A stretch of 64,000 nucleotides of DNA from Chloroflexota bacterium (GCA_963663275.1 OY760183.1:1728001-1792000); one strand, 5' to 3'. Positions 29,373-47,516 are shown, counted from the stretch's first letter. Notes: generated from the sequence alone by a model not told the origin. A program made the numbers and translations.

Positions 29373-30281
29373 TCATGAGAGCGAACCGGGCGGTTGCACT
29401 TCCAGTTCGATGCGCAGGTCGAGGGTCCAGCGCGCCTGGCTGAGGTAGGTGGCGAAGTCCATGAGCCGGAAGCCGAGCGTCTGTTCCATTGTTGCGATCT
29501 CCGCGGTGAAGCCGTCTTTCCAGAGCCAGTCGTAGTACGCCGCGTAGTCGGCGCCCATGCTTTCCGCCACCCACTCCGGCGGGAGCGGATAGAAGTCGAC
29601 GTTTCGGCCGATTGCGGCACCGATAACATGGGCGATTTCTTCCCAGGTGAGCGCGTCGCCTGCCAGGTCAAGAGTTTTCCCTGCCCATTTCTCCGGCGCG
29701 GCCAACACCGCAGCGGCGGCGCGGCCGATGTCATCCACGGCCACGAGTTGGGTGGCCACGTGGGGCGGCATAGGGGCGTGGAGCCGCCCCGCCAGCAGGT
29801 TGCCCGCCAGCGCGTCCGCGCCGAAGTTATCCATGAAGAAGACCGGGCGCAGGATGGTCCAGGATAGGCCGCTGGCGCGGAGATATTGCTCGGCGCGATG
29901 CTTTTGCGCGTAGTGCGGTACGTTAGACAGCCCTTCCGCGCGCTGAACTGACGAGTACACCACGTGCTGTACGTTGGCATCCCGCGCGGCATCGATGCAG
30001 GATGTGAGTTGCTGCCATTCCGCCTCCGGCCCGGCCGCGTAGGGCGTGCCCATGAGGAACGCGGATTCCACGCCTTGAAACGCGCGCCTCATCTGCTGCG
30101 GGTCGGTCATGTCGCCCACCACCACCTGCGCACCGGCGGCTACAAGCGCCTCGGCGCGAGCGAAGTCGCGTGTGAGAGCGCGCACGGTGTGTCCGGCGGC
30201 CAACAGGGCGCGCGCCACCGCGCCGCCTTGTTGTCCGGTAGCGCCGGTTACGAGCGTGATGGCGTTTGGGTTAGGCACCAC
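29373..30281 (-). CDS. NmrA/HSCARG family NAD(P)-binding protein
   Basis: VTGATGQQGG, HVVYSSV and ILRPVFFMDN motifs. Confidence 0.9.
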   Translation of the reverse strand: MVPNPNAITLVTGATGQQGGAVARALLAAGHTVRALTRDFARAEALVAAGAQVVVGDMTDPQQMRRAFQGVESAFLMGTPYAAGPEAEWQQLTSCIDAARDANVQHVVYSSVQRAEGLSNVPHYAQKHRAEQYLRASGLSWTILRPVFFMDNFGADALAGNLLAGRLHAPMPPHVATQLVAVDDIGRAAAAVLAAPEKWAGKTLDLAGDALTWEEIAHVIGAAIGRNVDFYPLPPEWVAESMGADYAAYYDWLWKDGFTAEIATMEQTLGFRLMDFATYLSQARWTLDLRIELEVQPPGSLS

Positions 30282-30358
30282 TATGCCTTCCTTTCCCTGT
30301 CTTTGCGCCGGTGAATCGTACCACGAGCGGTGGTATAGTGGGAAAAGGAGGCAACACG

Positions 30359-30799
30359 ATGGAGAATCTGAGACGAACGACGGCGGATGAGCACGCAGCC
30401 CTTAGCCGCCGGTTTGTTCGCCAGGCGCAGGAAGAATTCGACAAGGGCGACCGCTTGCAGGCCTCGGAGAAGGCCTGGGGCGCGGCGGCGCACGCGGTCA
30501 AGGCGGTCGCCTCAGAGAGAGGCTGGAATCACGATTCGCACAGATTGCTCTTCGACGTGGTGACTCAACTCTCCCGCGACACGGCAAACGCGGCATTGAG
30601 CGCTCTCTTCAGAGAGGCAAGTTCTTTGCATCAAAACTTCTATGAAAACTGGCAGTCGGACGGTTCGGTGCAGGACGGCATCAACCAAGTGAAGAGGCTG
30701 GTCGAGATGCTGGAAGAGATCCGCGCTCAGCCCATGCAGCCGTCGGTTGTGCTCGATCCCAAGCAGTGGGAGCGTCTCACGCGCGGGCCTGCTGAATAG
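30359..30799 (+). CDS. PaREP1/HEPN-like protein, copy 1
   Basis: QASEKAWGAAA, RGW..SH and LHQNFYEN pattern; SD AGGAGG. Confidence 0.75.
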   Translation: MENLRRTTADEHAALSRRFVRQAQEEFDKGDRLQASEKAWGAAAHAVKAVASERGWNHDSHRLLFDVVTQLSRDTANAALSALFREASSLHQNFYENWQSDGSVQDGINQVKRLVEMLEEIRAQPMQPSVVLDPKQWERLTRGPAE

Positions 30800-30890
30800 G
30801 CCTTCACTCACCATGCATACCGCCTCAGCAATGGGGCGCGCCGCCAGGTCTCACCAAGAGCGGTGGTTTAGCGGGAGAAGGGGGCGGGCA

Positions 30891-31331
30891 ATGGAGAATC
30901 TGAGACGAACGACGGCGGATGAGCACGCGGCCCTCAGCCGCCGGTTTGTTCGCCAGGCGCAGGAAGAATTCGACAAGGGTGACCGGCTCCAGGCCTCGGA
31001 GAAGGCCTGGGGCGCGGCGGCCCACGCGGTCAAGGCGGTCGCCGGGGAAAGAGGCTGGAATAGTAACACGCATAGACTGCTCTTCGACATTGTGGACCAA
31101 ATCGCCCGCGACGTGGATTCCTCGGAATTGCGCGGGCTCTTTCACGCCGCGAATTCTTTGCACCAAAACTTCTACGAGAACTGGCAACCGGACGGTTTAG
31201 TGCAGGAAGGCATCAACCAGGTGAAGACGCTGGTGGAGTTGCTGGAGGAGATTCGCGCACAGCCCATGCAGCCGTCGGTTGTGCTCGATCCCAGGCAGTG
31301 GGAGCGGCTCACGCGGTCGCGGGCGGGGTAG
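30891..31331 (+). CDS. PaREP1/HEPN-like protein, copy 2
   Basis: Same length (146 aa) as copy 1 with an identical N-terminal ~49 aa. Confidence 0.75.
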   Translation: MENLRRTTADEHAALSRRFVRQAQEEFDKGDRLQASEKAWGAAAHAVKAVAGERGWNSNTHRLLFDIVDQIARDVDSSELRGLFHAANSLHQNFYENWQPDGLVQEGINQVKTLVELLEEIRAQPMQPSVVLDPRQWERLTRSRAG

Positions 31332-31399
31332 CCGCGCCGGTGTCATTTGCGCTAATGGCCTTGCCCGAGATGGCGTCTGGCCTTGCTTCCCAGAGGCGG

Positions 31400-31547
31400 G
31401 GGACAGGGGTTAATATTCTATGATCGACTTCACGTGTCATTCCGAACGGAGCGCAGCGGAGAGAGGAATCTAGGGCAAAGAGCCGCAAGTCCAGTTCCCT
31501 TAGATTCCTCGCTCCGGTCGGAATGACAGTTACATACCCCTGTCAGC
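31400..31547. mobile_element. 148-bp MITE-like element, copy 3
   Basis: GGGACAGGGGT / TACCCCTGTCAGC ends; flanks CAGAGGCGG / CAAAGGCGG at the foot of a GGGGGACAAGCCCCC REP. Confidence 0.75.
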
Positions 31548-31645
31548 CAAAGGCGGGGGACAAGCCCCCGCGCTACAACTCGTAGACCGGGCTAAGTTTG
31601 GCGTTGTCAAGGGAACGCCCGCCGAATCCAGACTCTTGGGCTTTG

Positions 31646-32533
31646 TCAGCGGGGGACGGGTATGCCGGTCGTATGCAGGCGGATGCGGTAGAGGCCGGTG
31701 CGGGCCGTGACGTAGAGGGTGCACAGGTCGTCTCCGCCCCAGGCCAGGTTGGCGGGTTGCTCGTCGCCGATGATGCGTCCGAGCACGCGGCCCGCCGCAT
31801 TCATCACCCACACGCCGCCCGGGCCGGTGCAGAAGACGTTGCCGTTGGTGTCCACCTTCATGCCGTCGGGACTGCCTTCATCGCTTGAGGTCATGTCCGT
31901 CCACAGGCGGCCGTCGGCCAGCGAGCCGTCGGCGTTCACCGTGAACGCGCGAATGTGGCGGCGGCGGCTGTCGTCGACGTAGAGCGTCTTCTCATCGGGT
32001 GAAAAGGCGAGTCCGTTTGGCCGGTCGAAGTCGTCCACCAGGAGACGCAGCGCGCCGTCGGTCGCTATCATGTAGACCCCGCGAAAGTCCAGGTCCGGTT
32101 CCTGCCCCAGGTCTTCCACGCCGTAGGGCGGGTCGGTGAAGTAGATCGTGCCGTCGCTGCGCACCACCACGTCGTTGGGGCTATTGAGCCGCTTGCCCTG
32201 GTAGGAGTCCGCCAGGGTGACGTACGCGCCGCCGGCTTCCTGGCGGCTGACGCGGCGCGCCGAATGCTCGCAGGAGATGAGGCGGCCCTCACCGTCTAGG
32301 GTCAAGCCGTTGGCGTTGCCCGACGGCGCGCGGTACGTGCTGACAGAGAAGCCCTCGGACGACTCCTCCCAGCGGACGGTGCGGTTGTTGCGAATATCGC
32401 TGAAGAGCAGGCAGCCGCCGCGCCAGACCGGCCCTTCGGTAAACGCGAAGCCGCCCGCCACGCGCTCAAGTTCGGCGTCGGGCGGCACGAGGTCGTGGAA
32501 AGCGGGATTGCGAACGTCGAAACTGGTTGCCAT
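31646..32533 (-). CDS. SMP-30/gluconolactonase family protein
   Basis: FTEGPVW, LNSPND, YFTDPPYG, PNGLAFSPD and PDGMKVD motifs. Confidence 0.92.
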   Translation of the reverse strand: MATSFDVRNPAFHDLVPPDAELERVAGGFAFTEGPVWRGGCLLFSDIRNNRTVRWEESSEGFSVSTYRAPSGNANGLTLDGEGRLISCEHSARRVSRQEAGGAYVTLADSYQGKRLNSPNDVVVRSDGTIYFTDPPYGVEDLGQEPDLDFRGVYMIATDGALRLLVDDFDRPNGLAFSPDEKTLYVDDSRRRHIRAFTVNADGSLADGRLWTDMTSSDEGSPDGMKVDTNGNVFCTGPGGVWVMNAAGRVLGRIIGDEQPANLAWGGDDLCTLYVTARTGLYRIRLHTTGIPVPR

Positions 32534-32698
32534 GGTTCATTGCCTCCAAGGAGAGCGTAGCGTTACTGTGCCAAACCGGTGGAAATGGGCCGTATTGCGC
32601 TGATTCCCCCTCACCCCGGCCCTCTCCCCAGGGAGAGGGGGTTTTCCATCAGATTTCCGCAAATGGCTCTGGTCGCTGCCAAGAGTCAATCGTTGCGC

Positions 32699-34114
32699 CT
32701 ACTGCCGGCGGAAGACGTGGACGGCGCGGCGGTCTACGTCCCAGGAGGCTTCCATGATTGCCTCTGCCAGAGTGGGGTGCGGATGGACGTTGAGGCCGAC
32801 TTCCAGCGGCGTGGCCTCCAGCAGTTGCGCCAGTCCCATTTCGGCCACGATATCCGTAGCGTTGGGACCGATGACGTGCGTGCCCAGGATTTCACCGGTC
32901 CCGGCGTCGCAGACCAGCTTGACGAAGCCTTCGGTCTGTCCCTTGATGAGCGCCTTGCCCAGCGCCGCAAAGGGGAAGCGGCCTACTTTCACGTCCCGTC
33001 CCTGTTCGGCGGCTTCTTGTTCCGACAGGCCGATGCTGGCAATTTCGGGCCGGCAGTAGGTGGCGCGGGGCACGCGGTGGGGGTTCAGCGGATAGGTCTC
33101 CTCACCCGCCAGGTGTTCCATGACCACGTGCCCCTCGGCGGTGGCTTTGTGGGCGAGCAAGTAGCCGCCCGCCACGTCGCCGATGGCGTAGACATGGGGC
33201 ACGTTGGTGCGGCAATACCCGTCAACCGGAATGACGCCGCGCTCCGCCGTTACGCCGACCGCTTCCAGGCCGAGGTCTTCCACGTTGCCGGCGCGCCCGA
33301 CCGCCACGAGCAGCATGTCCGCGTGCAAGGACTCCCGCTTGTCCGCAGTCTCGATGTCCACCACAACGCTGTTGTCCGTGGCTTGCAGGGTCTCCACCAG
33401 CAGTTTGGCGTCAGTCCTGACGGTGATGCCGCGCCGGGTGAACGAGCGGCCAAGCTCTTTGCCGATGTCCTTGTCTTCCAGCGGCACAAGCGTTGACATA
33501 ATTTCCACGACCGTGACCGCCACGCCAAAGTCGTGGAAGAGGCTGGCCCACTCCACGCCCACGGCGCCCGCGCCGAGGATGATGATCGACTCCGGCAGGG
33601 CCGAGAGTTCCAGCGCGTGGTCGCTGTTGATGACGGCCTTTCCGTCGATCTCCAGTCCCGGCAGGCTGCGGGGGCGCGAGCCGGTGGCGATGACGACGTT
33701 GTTGGCGCGCAGTTCGTGAACGCCGTCGCTGCTTGCCACGCGCACCGACTGGGGCGAGGTGAGGGAACCGGCCCCGTAGAATACGTCGATCTTGTTTCGT
33801 TTGAGGAGGCCCTGCACGCCTTTGTGGAGTTGGGAAACCACCTGAGACTTGCGCGCGAGCACTTTCGCATAGTCGAAGGAGACCTCCGGGGCGACCACGC
33901 CGAACGCCGCGCTGTTGTCGCGGGCGTCGTGCAGGCGCTCGGCGGATTCCAGCAGCGCCTTGGTGGGAATGCAGCCTTTGTGGAGGCAGATGCCGCCGAC
34001 TTTTTCTTTCTCCACCACGGCTACTTTCAGTCCGAGTTGCGCGCCGCGAATTGCGGCCGGGTAGCCGCCGGGGCCGCCACCGATGATTGCGACGTCGTAC
34101 GTGTCTTCCGCCAT
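32699..34114 (-). CDS. lpdA: dihydrolipoyl dehydrogenase (E3)
   Basis: GGGPGGY, GGICLHKGCIPTK and HPHPTLAE motifs. Confidence 0.96.
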   Translation of the reverse strand: MAEDTYDVAIIGGGPGGYPAAIRGAQLGLKVAVVEKEKVGGICLHKGCIPTKALLESAERLHDARDNSAAFGVVAPEVSFDYAKVLARKSQVVSQLHKGVQGLLKRNKIDVFYGAGSLTSPQSVRVASSDGVHELRANNVVIATGSRPRSLPGLEIDGKAVINSDHALELSALPESIIILGAGAVGVEWASLFHDFGVAVTVVEIMSTLVPLEDKDIGKELGRSFTRRGITVRTDAKLLVETLQATDNSVVVDIETADKRESLHADMLLVAVGRAGNVEDLGLEAVGVTAERGVIPVDGYCRTNVPHVYAIGDVAGGYLLAHKATAEGHVVMEHLAGEETYPLNPHRVPRATYCRPEIASIGLSEQEAAEQGRDVKVGRFPFAALGKALIKGQTEGFVKLVCDAGTGEILGTHVIGPNATDIVAEMGLAQLLEATPLEVGLNVHPHPTLAEAIMEASWDVDRRAVHVFRRQ

Positions 34115-34293
34115 TGCTCTTTAGTCCTTCAGGAGTGCCTGCGGGTGGTCTTTCATAGTTGAGCAGCGCGTCAGTCTTGGCTGCCGCCGCGCACGCTATC
34201 CCCATCTTGCCGAATACACGTTACCGGAATCAAATAGGGCGAACCCACAGCGTTCGCCCTATGCGCCGGCCGGGAAGGCGACCGCAACGCCGC

Positions 34294-35526
34294 TTAGATC
34301 AGCAGGTTGTACGGATTCTCCAAGAGGTCTTTCAGGTCGCGCAGGAACTCGGCGGCGGGAGCGCCGTAGAGGATGCGGTGGTCGGCGGAGATGCTGAGGT
34401 ACATGATGTCGCGCACGACGATTTCGCCGTCGCGGACGACGGGACGCGGCTCGATCGCGCCCACAGCGAAGATGGCCGATTGGGGCGGATTGACAATGGC
34501 ATAGAAGTCACGCACGCCGAACATGCCCAGATTCGAGACGGTAAAGGTGCCGCCTTCCAGGTCGCCGGGCCGGTTCCTGCCCTGCCGGGTGCGCTCTACC
34601 AGCACTTTCGCTTCCACGGCGAGTTGGCGCAGCGGCTTGGTGTCGCAGTTCTTGAGCACGGGCACCAGCAGGCCGTTGGGCACGGCCACGGCAATGCCGA
34701 TGTTGGCCTCCTGGTGATAGACGAAGCCGCCGTCGCGGTAGGAGCCGTTGGCGTCCGGATGCCGCATCAGCGAGAGCGCGGTGGCGCGGATGACGATGTC
34801 GTTGAAGCTGATATGCTCTTCCTCGCTCCAGGCGGCGTTCACCTGGGCGCGCATGGCCTTGGCGGCGCTCATGTCCACTTCCATGGTGAGGTAGAAGTGG
34901 GGCACGGTGGTCTTGCTCTCCAGCATGCGCCGGATGATGGTGGACTGCATGCGCGAGGGCGACGCCACGTCGGACTCATGCGGCAGCGCGGCGGGGTCCG
35001 CGGCCGCGGCAACGGTGCGCGCCGCGTTCTCCACGTCGTCCTTGACGATGCGGCCGCCGGGGCCGGTGCCGGTGATTTGCGCCAGGTCAAGCCCCTGTTC
35101 GGTGGCGATGCGGCGGGCGAGCGGCGACGCTTTGATACGGGCGGGCGCGCCTTGAGCCGCGGCCGCCGGGGCCGGGGCGGGATGGGCGGCGGCGGGCGCC
35201 GGCGGCGCGCCGCCTTCAGGCTCCGCGGCTTCCGCAGTCGCCGGCTGGGCCGCGGGCGCGGCTGGGGAGGCCGTCTGGCCTAACTCGCTTTCCTCACCCA
35301 CCAGCGCGATCGGAGCGCCCAAGGCCGCCGAGCCGCCTTCAGCCACGAGCACCTGCAGCAGCGTGCCTTCCTCGACCGATTCGAGATCCATCACCGCTTT
35401 ATCAGTCTCGATCTCGGCCAGCAACTCGCCCTTCGCTACGCTGTCACCCACCTGCTTATACCACTGGAGGACCTTGCCTTCCTCCATGGTGTCGCTGAGC
35501 CGGGGCATGGGGACTTCGCGCGCCAT
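34294..35526 (-). CDS. pdhC: dihydrolipoamide acetyltransferase (E2)
   Basis: Lipoyl ETDKA, ASPLARR, GTGPGGRI and DHRI motifs. Confidence 0.92.
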   Translation of the reverse strand: MAREVPMPRLSDTMEEGKVLQWYKQVGDSVAKGELLAEIETDKAVMDLESVEEGTLLQVLVAEGGSAALGAPIALVGEESELGQTASPAAPAAQPATAEAAEPEGGAPPAPAAAHPAPAPAAAAQGAPARIKASPLARRIATEQGLDLAQITGTGPGGRIVKDDVENAARTVAAAADPAALPHESDVASPSRMQSTIIRRMLESKTTVPHFYLTMEVDMSAAKAMRAQVNAAWSEEEHISFNDIVIRATALSLMRHPDANGSYRDGGFVYHQEANIGIAVAVPNGLLVPVLKNCDTKPLRQLAVEAKVLVERTRQGRNRPGDLEGGTFTVSNLGMFGVRDFYAIVNPPQSAIFAVGAIEPRPVVRDGEIVVRDIMYLSISADHRILYGAPAAEFLRDLKDLLENPYNLLI

Positions 35527-35610
35527 GAATTGAACCTCCGGTTCGCTGGAACCTCACACTCGCTCGAACCAAGTCTTTGCTGATTAGAAGTAACTTCCCT
35601 TGCGGCCGGC

Positions 35611-36588
35611 TTAGTGGTTGAGCACCGTCTTGACGGCTTCCACCATTCTTTCCGGACTGGGAATCACGGCCTTCTCCAACGGTTTGGAGTAGGGCATCGG
35701 CACTTCCACGCCGCCAACCCTGCCGATGGGAGCATCCAGGTAGTCGAACGCCTCTTCGTAGATTGTCGCCGCCACCTCGGCGTTCACGCCAAACGAGCGG
35801 TGCTCTTCTTCCGCGATCACGCAGTGGTTCGTCTTCTGCACGGAGTGGACGAGGGTCTCCACGTCCAGCGGGCGGATACTGCGCAGGTCGATGACTTCCA
35901 CGCTAATGCCCTCTTCGCTCAGTTGGGCGGCGGCTTGCAGGGCAAAGAGCGCCATACGGGAGTGGGCGATGAGGGTAACGTCGCTGCCCGCGCGCTTTAC
36001 GTCGGCTTCGCCAAAGGGCACCGTGTGCTCGCCTTCCGGCACCACGCCTTTGGTGTTGTAGAGCGCCAAGTGCTCCAGAAACATTACCGGATTGTCGTCG
36101 CGGATGGCGGACTTCAGCATACCCTTGGCGTCGGCGGGCACGGCCGGCGCGACGACTTTCAAGCCGGGAATATACGCGAACCAGACGTCGAGGCTGTGGG
36201 AGTGCTGGGCCGTGAGTTGCTGGCCGCCGCCGCCGGGCGCGCGAATGACCATGGGGCACTTGAGCCTGCCGCCGAACATGTAGCTGATCTTGGCGGCGTG
36301 GTTGGCGATCTGGTCCATGGCCACCATGCCAAAGTTGACCGTCATCAGTTCGACGACGGGGCGCAGACCCGTCATGGCGGCGCCGGCGCCCAGGCCGATG
36401 AAGCCTTCCTCGGCGATGGGCGTGTCGATGACCCGCTCCTCGCCAAACCGGTCCAGCAGACCCTCGGTGACTTTGTACGCCCCCTGGAAGACGCCGACTT
36501 CCTCTCCCATGACGAAAACGTTGGGGTCGTGATCCATCTCTTCGATGAGGGCGTCCCGGAGGGCTTCACGATACGTGATTTCAGCCAT
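35611..36588 (-). CDS. pdhB: pyruvate dehydrogenase E1 beta
   Basis: MAEITYREAL, DTPIAE, AQHS and DYLDAP motifs. Confidence 0.93.
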   Translation of the reverse strand: MAEITYREALRDALIEEMDHDPNVFVMGEEVGVFQGAYKVTEGLLDRFGEERVIDTPIAEEGFIGLGAGAAMTGLRPVVELMTVNFGMVAMDQIANHAAKISYMFGGRLKCPMVIRAPGGGGQQLTAQHSHSLDVWFAYIPGLKVVAPAVPADAKGMLKSAIRDDNPVMFLEHLALYNTKGVVPEGEHTVPFGEADVKRAGSDVTLIAHSRMALFALQAAAQLSEEGISVEVIDLRSIRPLDVETLVHSVQKTNHCVIAEEEHRSFGVNAEVAATIYEEAFDYLDAPIGRVGGVEVPMPYSKPLEKAVIPSPERMVEAVKTVLNH

Positions 36589-36590
36589 GG

Positions 36591-37652
36591 CTAGGCGTCC
36601 TCCGCGTAGACGAACTGGTGGAGGTCGGCCACGTCGGGGAACGGGCTTTCCTCGGCAAAGTCCACCGCCGCTTGCACCCGGGCCAGCACGTCTTCCTCGA
36701 TGGCGTCGGCGTCCTTCTGGGTGAAGATCTCGCCTTCGAGCAGGCGCTGGCGGAAGATCTCCACCGGGTCTTGGGCGCGCCACCCGGCGATTTCGTCCTC
36801 GGTGCGGTAGTTCTTGCCGGCATCGGCCATGGAGTGGCCCCGGTAGCGGTAGGTGACGCACTCGACGAAGATCGGCTCGCTGGTGCGGCGCACTTCCTCC
36901 ACCAGTTTCTTGGTAAGCTGGTAGACCGCCAGCACGTCCATGCCGTTCACTTTGTAGCCGGGGATATCGTAGGCTACGCCCTTCTTCCACAGTTCGGTGA
37001 CGGCGGAGGCGCGGGCGACGCTGGTGCCCATGCCGTACTGGTTGTTGGTGCAGATGAAGAGATTGGGCAGTTTCCAGAGGGAGGCCATGTTGAGGGCTTC
37101 GTGGAATGCGCCGATGTTGGTGGCGCCGTCGCCAAAGACCGACATGACGATTTCGTCCGTGCCCCGGTATTTGCTGGCAAACGCCACGCCGGTGGAAAGG
37201 GGGATGCTGCCGCCGACGATGCCGTAGCCGCCCATGAAGCGCTGGTCCGGGTCTACCAGATGCATGGAGCCGCCGCGGCCGCGGGCGCAGCCGTCCCGCT
37301 TGCCGAAGAGTTCCGCCATCACGGCCCCGGGCGGCACGCCGCGCACGATTGCCGAGCCGTGCACGCGGTAACTGCCGAAGAAGTAGTCGTCATCCCGCAA
37401 GGCTTTCAGCGTGCCGACGACGGTGGCCTCTTCACCGATGTTGAGGTGACAGTAGCCGCCGATCTTGGCGCGCAGGTACATCTCGGCCACGCGCTCCTCG
37501 AAGCGCCTGACGAAGAGCATGGCGGTGTAGAAGTCGATGAGTTGGTCGTTCTCGAAGTTACCGAGATCTCGGGAGTCTCGTACCGGGATCTCCGTGTCGG
37601 CGACGTGGTCTGACGGATTGTCGCGCGCGCCGCGCGCGCTGTTTCGGCTCAT
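36591..37652 (-). CDS. pdhA: pyruvate dehydrogenase E1 alpha
   Basis: GRGGSMH, FGDGATN and YRYRGHSMAD motifs; ATG after AAAGGAGGT. Confidence 0.93.
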   Translation of the reverse strand: MSRNSARGARDNPSDHVADTEIPVRDSRDLGNFENDQLIDFYTAMLFVRRFEERVAEMYLRAKIGGYCHLNIGEEATVVGTLKALRDDDYFFGSYRVHGSAIVRGVPPGAVMAELFGKRDGCARGRGGSMHLVDPDQRFMGGYGIVGGSIPLSTGVAFASKYRGTDEIVMSVFGDGATNIGAFHEALNMASLWKLPNLFICTNNQYGMGTSVARASAVTELWKKGVAYDIPGYKVNGMDVLAVYQLTKKLVEEVRRTSEPIFVECVTYRYRGHSMADAGKNYRTEDEIAGWRAQDPVEIFRQRLLEGEIFTQKDADAIEEDVLARVQAAVDFAEESPFPDVADLHQFVYAEDA

Positions 37653-37674
37653 ATCGGCGTTACCTCCTTTAGCT

Positions 37675-37781
37675 GCGTCTGCGGCGAGGCCGGCGTGTGC
37701 CACGATACCGGCGTCTGCGACGAAGTCGACGTCTGCGACGAAGTCGACGTCTGCGGTGAGGCCGGTAGTGTGCCGGAAGTG
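37675..37781. repeat. 18-bp tandem repeat, 5-6 units, directly upstream of the pdhA SD
   Basis: Units at 37675, 37693, 37711, 37729 and 37747 (core GTCTGCGACGAAGTCG). Confidence 0.8.
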
Positions 37782-38047
37782 TTGCTGTTCAGGATCCAAA
37801 CTCCTCGCCCGTTCGACAGGCTCTCAGCAGGCTCTTGCGCTCCGGGCACGTGCCAAATCACGGCGCCAGGTGGGCATACGAAACCGCATCGCTCAACCCG
37901 CGCCGCCCGGAGTAGGCAACATTTCATACGCTTACCATTATACCGCAGGGAGAGAAGAAACGTGAAAACTCGGATGGACGGGACGACCGCGTGCTATAAT
38001 CTGCAAAGACTTGGTAGCTTGACTAACCCCTCGATAAGGTACCGCGT

Positions 38048-38515
38048 ATGTTGGCTGTGGCGCAACGGGTGAGCGAAGCGCGTGTGGACGTTGGCGAGCG
38101 GACGACCGGCAGCATTGGCCGGGGACTGGTAGCGCTCATCGCGGTGCAGAAAGGCGACACGAGCGCGGAAGCGGCCTATATTGCCGCCAAACTCGCTACG
38201 CTGCGCATCTTTGGCGATGAAGCCGGCAAGATGAATCTCTCGGTGCAGGACATCGGCGGCGCGGTGCTGGCGGTCTCGCAGTTTACGCTCTACGGCGATA
38301 CGCGCAAGGGCCGCCGGCCCAGCTTTACTCGCTCCGCCCGGCCGGAGGAAGCCGAACCTCTGATCGAGCAAATCGTCGGCGACCTGCGAGAGCGAGGCAT
38401 CCCGGTTGCCTGCGGCGAGTTTGGCTCGATGATGCGGTTATTCCTGGTCAACGACGGGCCGGTGACCATCATCCTGGATTCGGACGACCGCCTTACCCCC
38501 CGCCGGCAGGCATAG
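38048..38515 (+). CDS. dtd: D-aminoacyl-tRNA deacylase
   Basis: QRVSEA, SQFTL and NDGPVT motifs; TGCTATAAT at 37992-38000. Confidence 0.95.
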   Translation: MLAVAQRVSEARVDVGERTTGSIGRGLVALIAVQKGDTSAEAAYIAAKLATLRIFGDEAGKMNLSVQDIGGAVLAVSQFTLYGDTRKGRRPSFTRSARPEEAEPLIEQIVGDLRERGIPVACGEFGSMMRLFLVNDGPVTIILDSDDRLTPRRQA

Positions 38516-38645
38516 GCTTTTCCACCGCCGCATGCGCGGTCTCGTTCGTCAACACAAGCGGACGGGGGAGCGCGCCGGCTAATCCAGGCCGATGCGCTCC
38601 CCCGTCTTACACGCGGTCTTTGTCCGCCGCGACGGACGCGCGCGA

Positions 38646-43262
<4,617 letters not shown>

Positions 43263-43283
43263 AGAAGAATACGCCTCCTCTTT

Positions 43284-43576
43284 TGGCGTCCGCGAGGGAC
43301 GCCGCTACATCCTGGATGGCGCCCACCAGGGGCGCCGCTACGTCCTGAATGGCGTCCGCCGGGGACGCCTCTAATCTGACAGATGCGTTGCGTTGTTCCG
43401 GTTTGCGCGCCCACGGGGGGCGCGGCTGCAGGGACAGAAGCGTTGCGTTGTTCTGGCCTGGGCGCCCACGAGGGACGCCCCTACGTCAATCTCGGATGGC
43501 GTCCACGAGGGACGCCCCTACAGGGACAGGTGCGTTGCGCTGTTCCGGCATGGGCGCCCGCGAGGGGCGCCCCTAC
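43284..43576. repeat. seven GGCG(T/C)CCACGAGGG(A/G)CGCCCCTAC-type REP hairpins between rpoB and rpoC
   Basis: Copies near 43284, 43317, 43350, 43404, 43460, 43497 and 43551. Confidence 0.85.
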
Positions 43577-43605
43577 GGGGGAAGAATGGGTTGGCCGCAT
43601 GCGCG

Positions 43606-47106
<3,501 letters not shown>

Positions 47107-47516
47107 AGTTTCAATCCTCTCTCGGCGCTGGGGGTCTGACCGCAGCGACTATTCCGCCACGGTACACTAGTTCTATCCTACCAGTTTACGCGAGCGTAAA
47201 CAACCTGCCGAAGCGCCGGTGATGAGAAAGGGCGCGCGCCGCCGGCGCGTTTGACGCCGGGGCCGCGGCGGCGAGGCGCGGGGATTGTGGCTGGGGTTCT
47301 ACTTCAATGCGGTAGCTAAGGGTGCGTTGTAGGGGCACGACATGTCGTGCCCCTACACCGGTGACGACAGGTCAGGCGCATTAACGGCGCGGATTCCCCA
47401 TGGTTGCATGAGGCAGACTCCAATGCGGCAGCATTGGCGGTCAACTCTCTTCGCGCTTTGAGGCGCGGGGATTGCAGCCGGAGGTTCTACTTTCTCTGTG
47501 CGGTGAGGCCGCGCCG

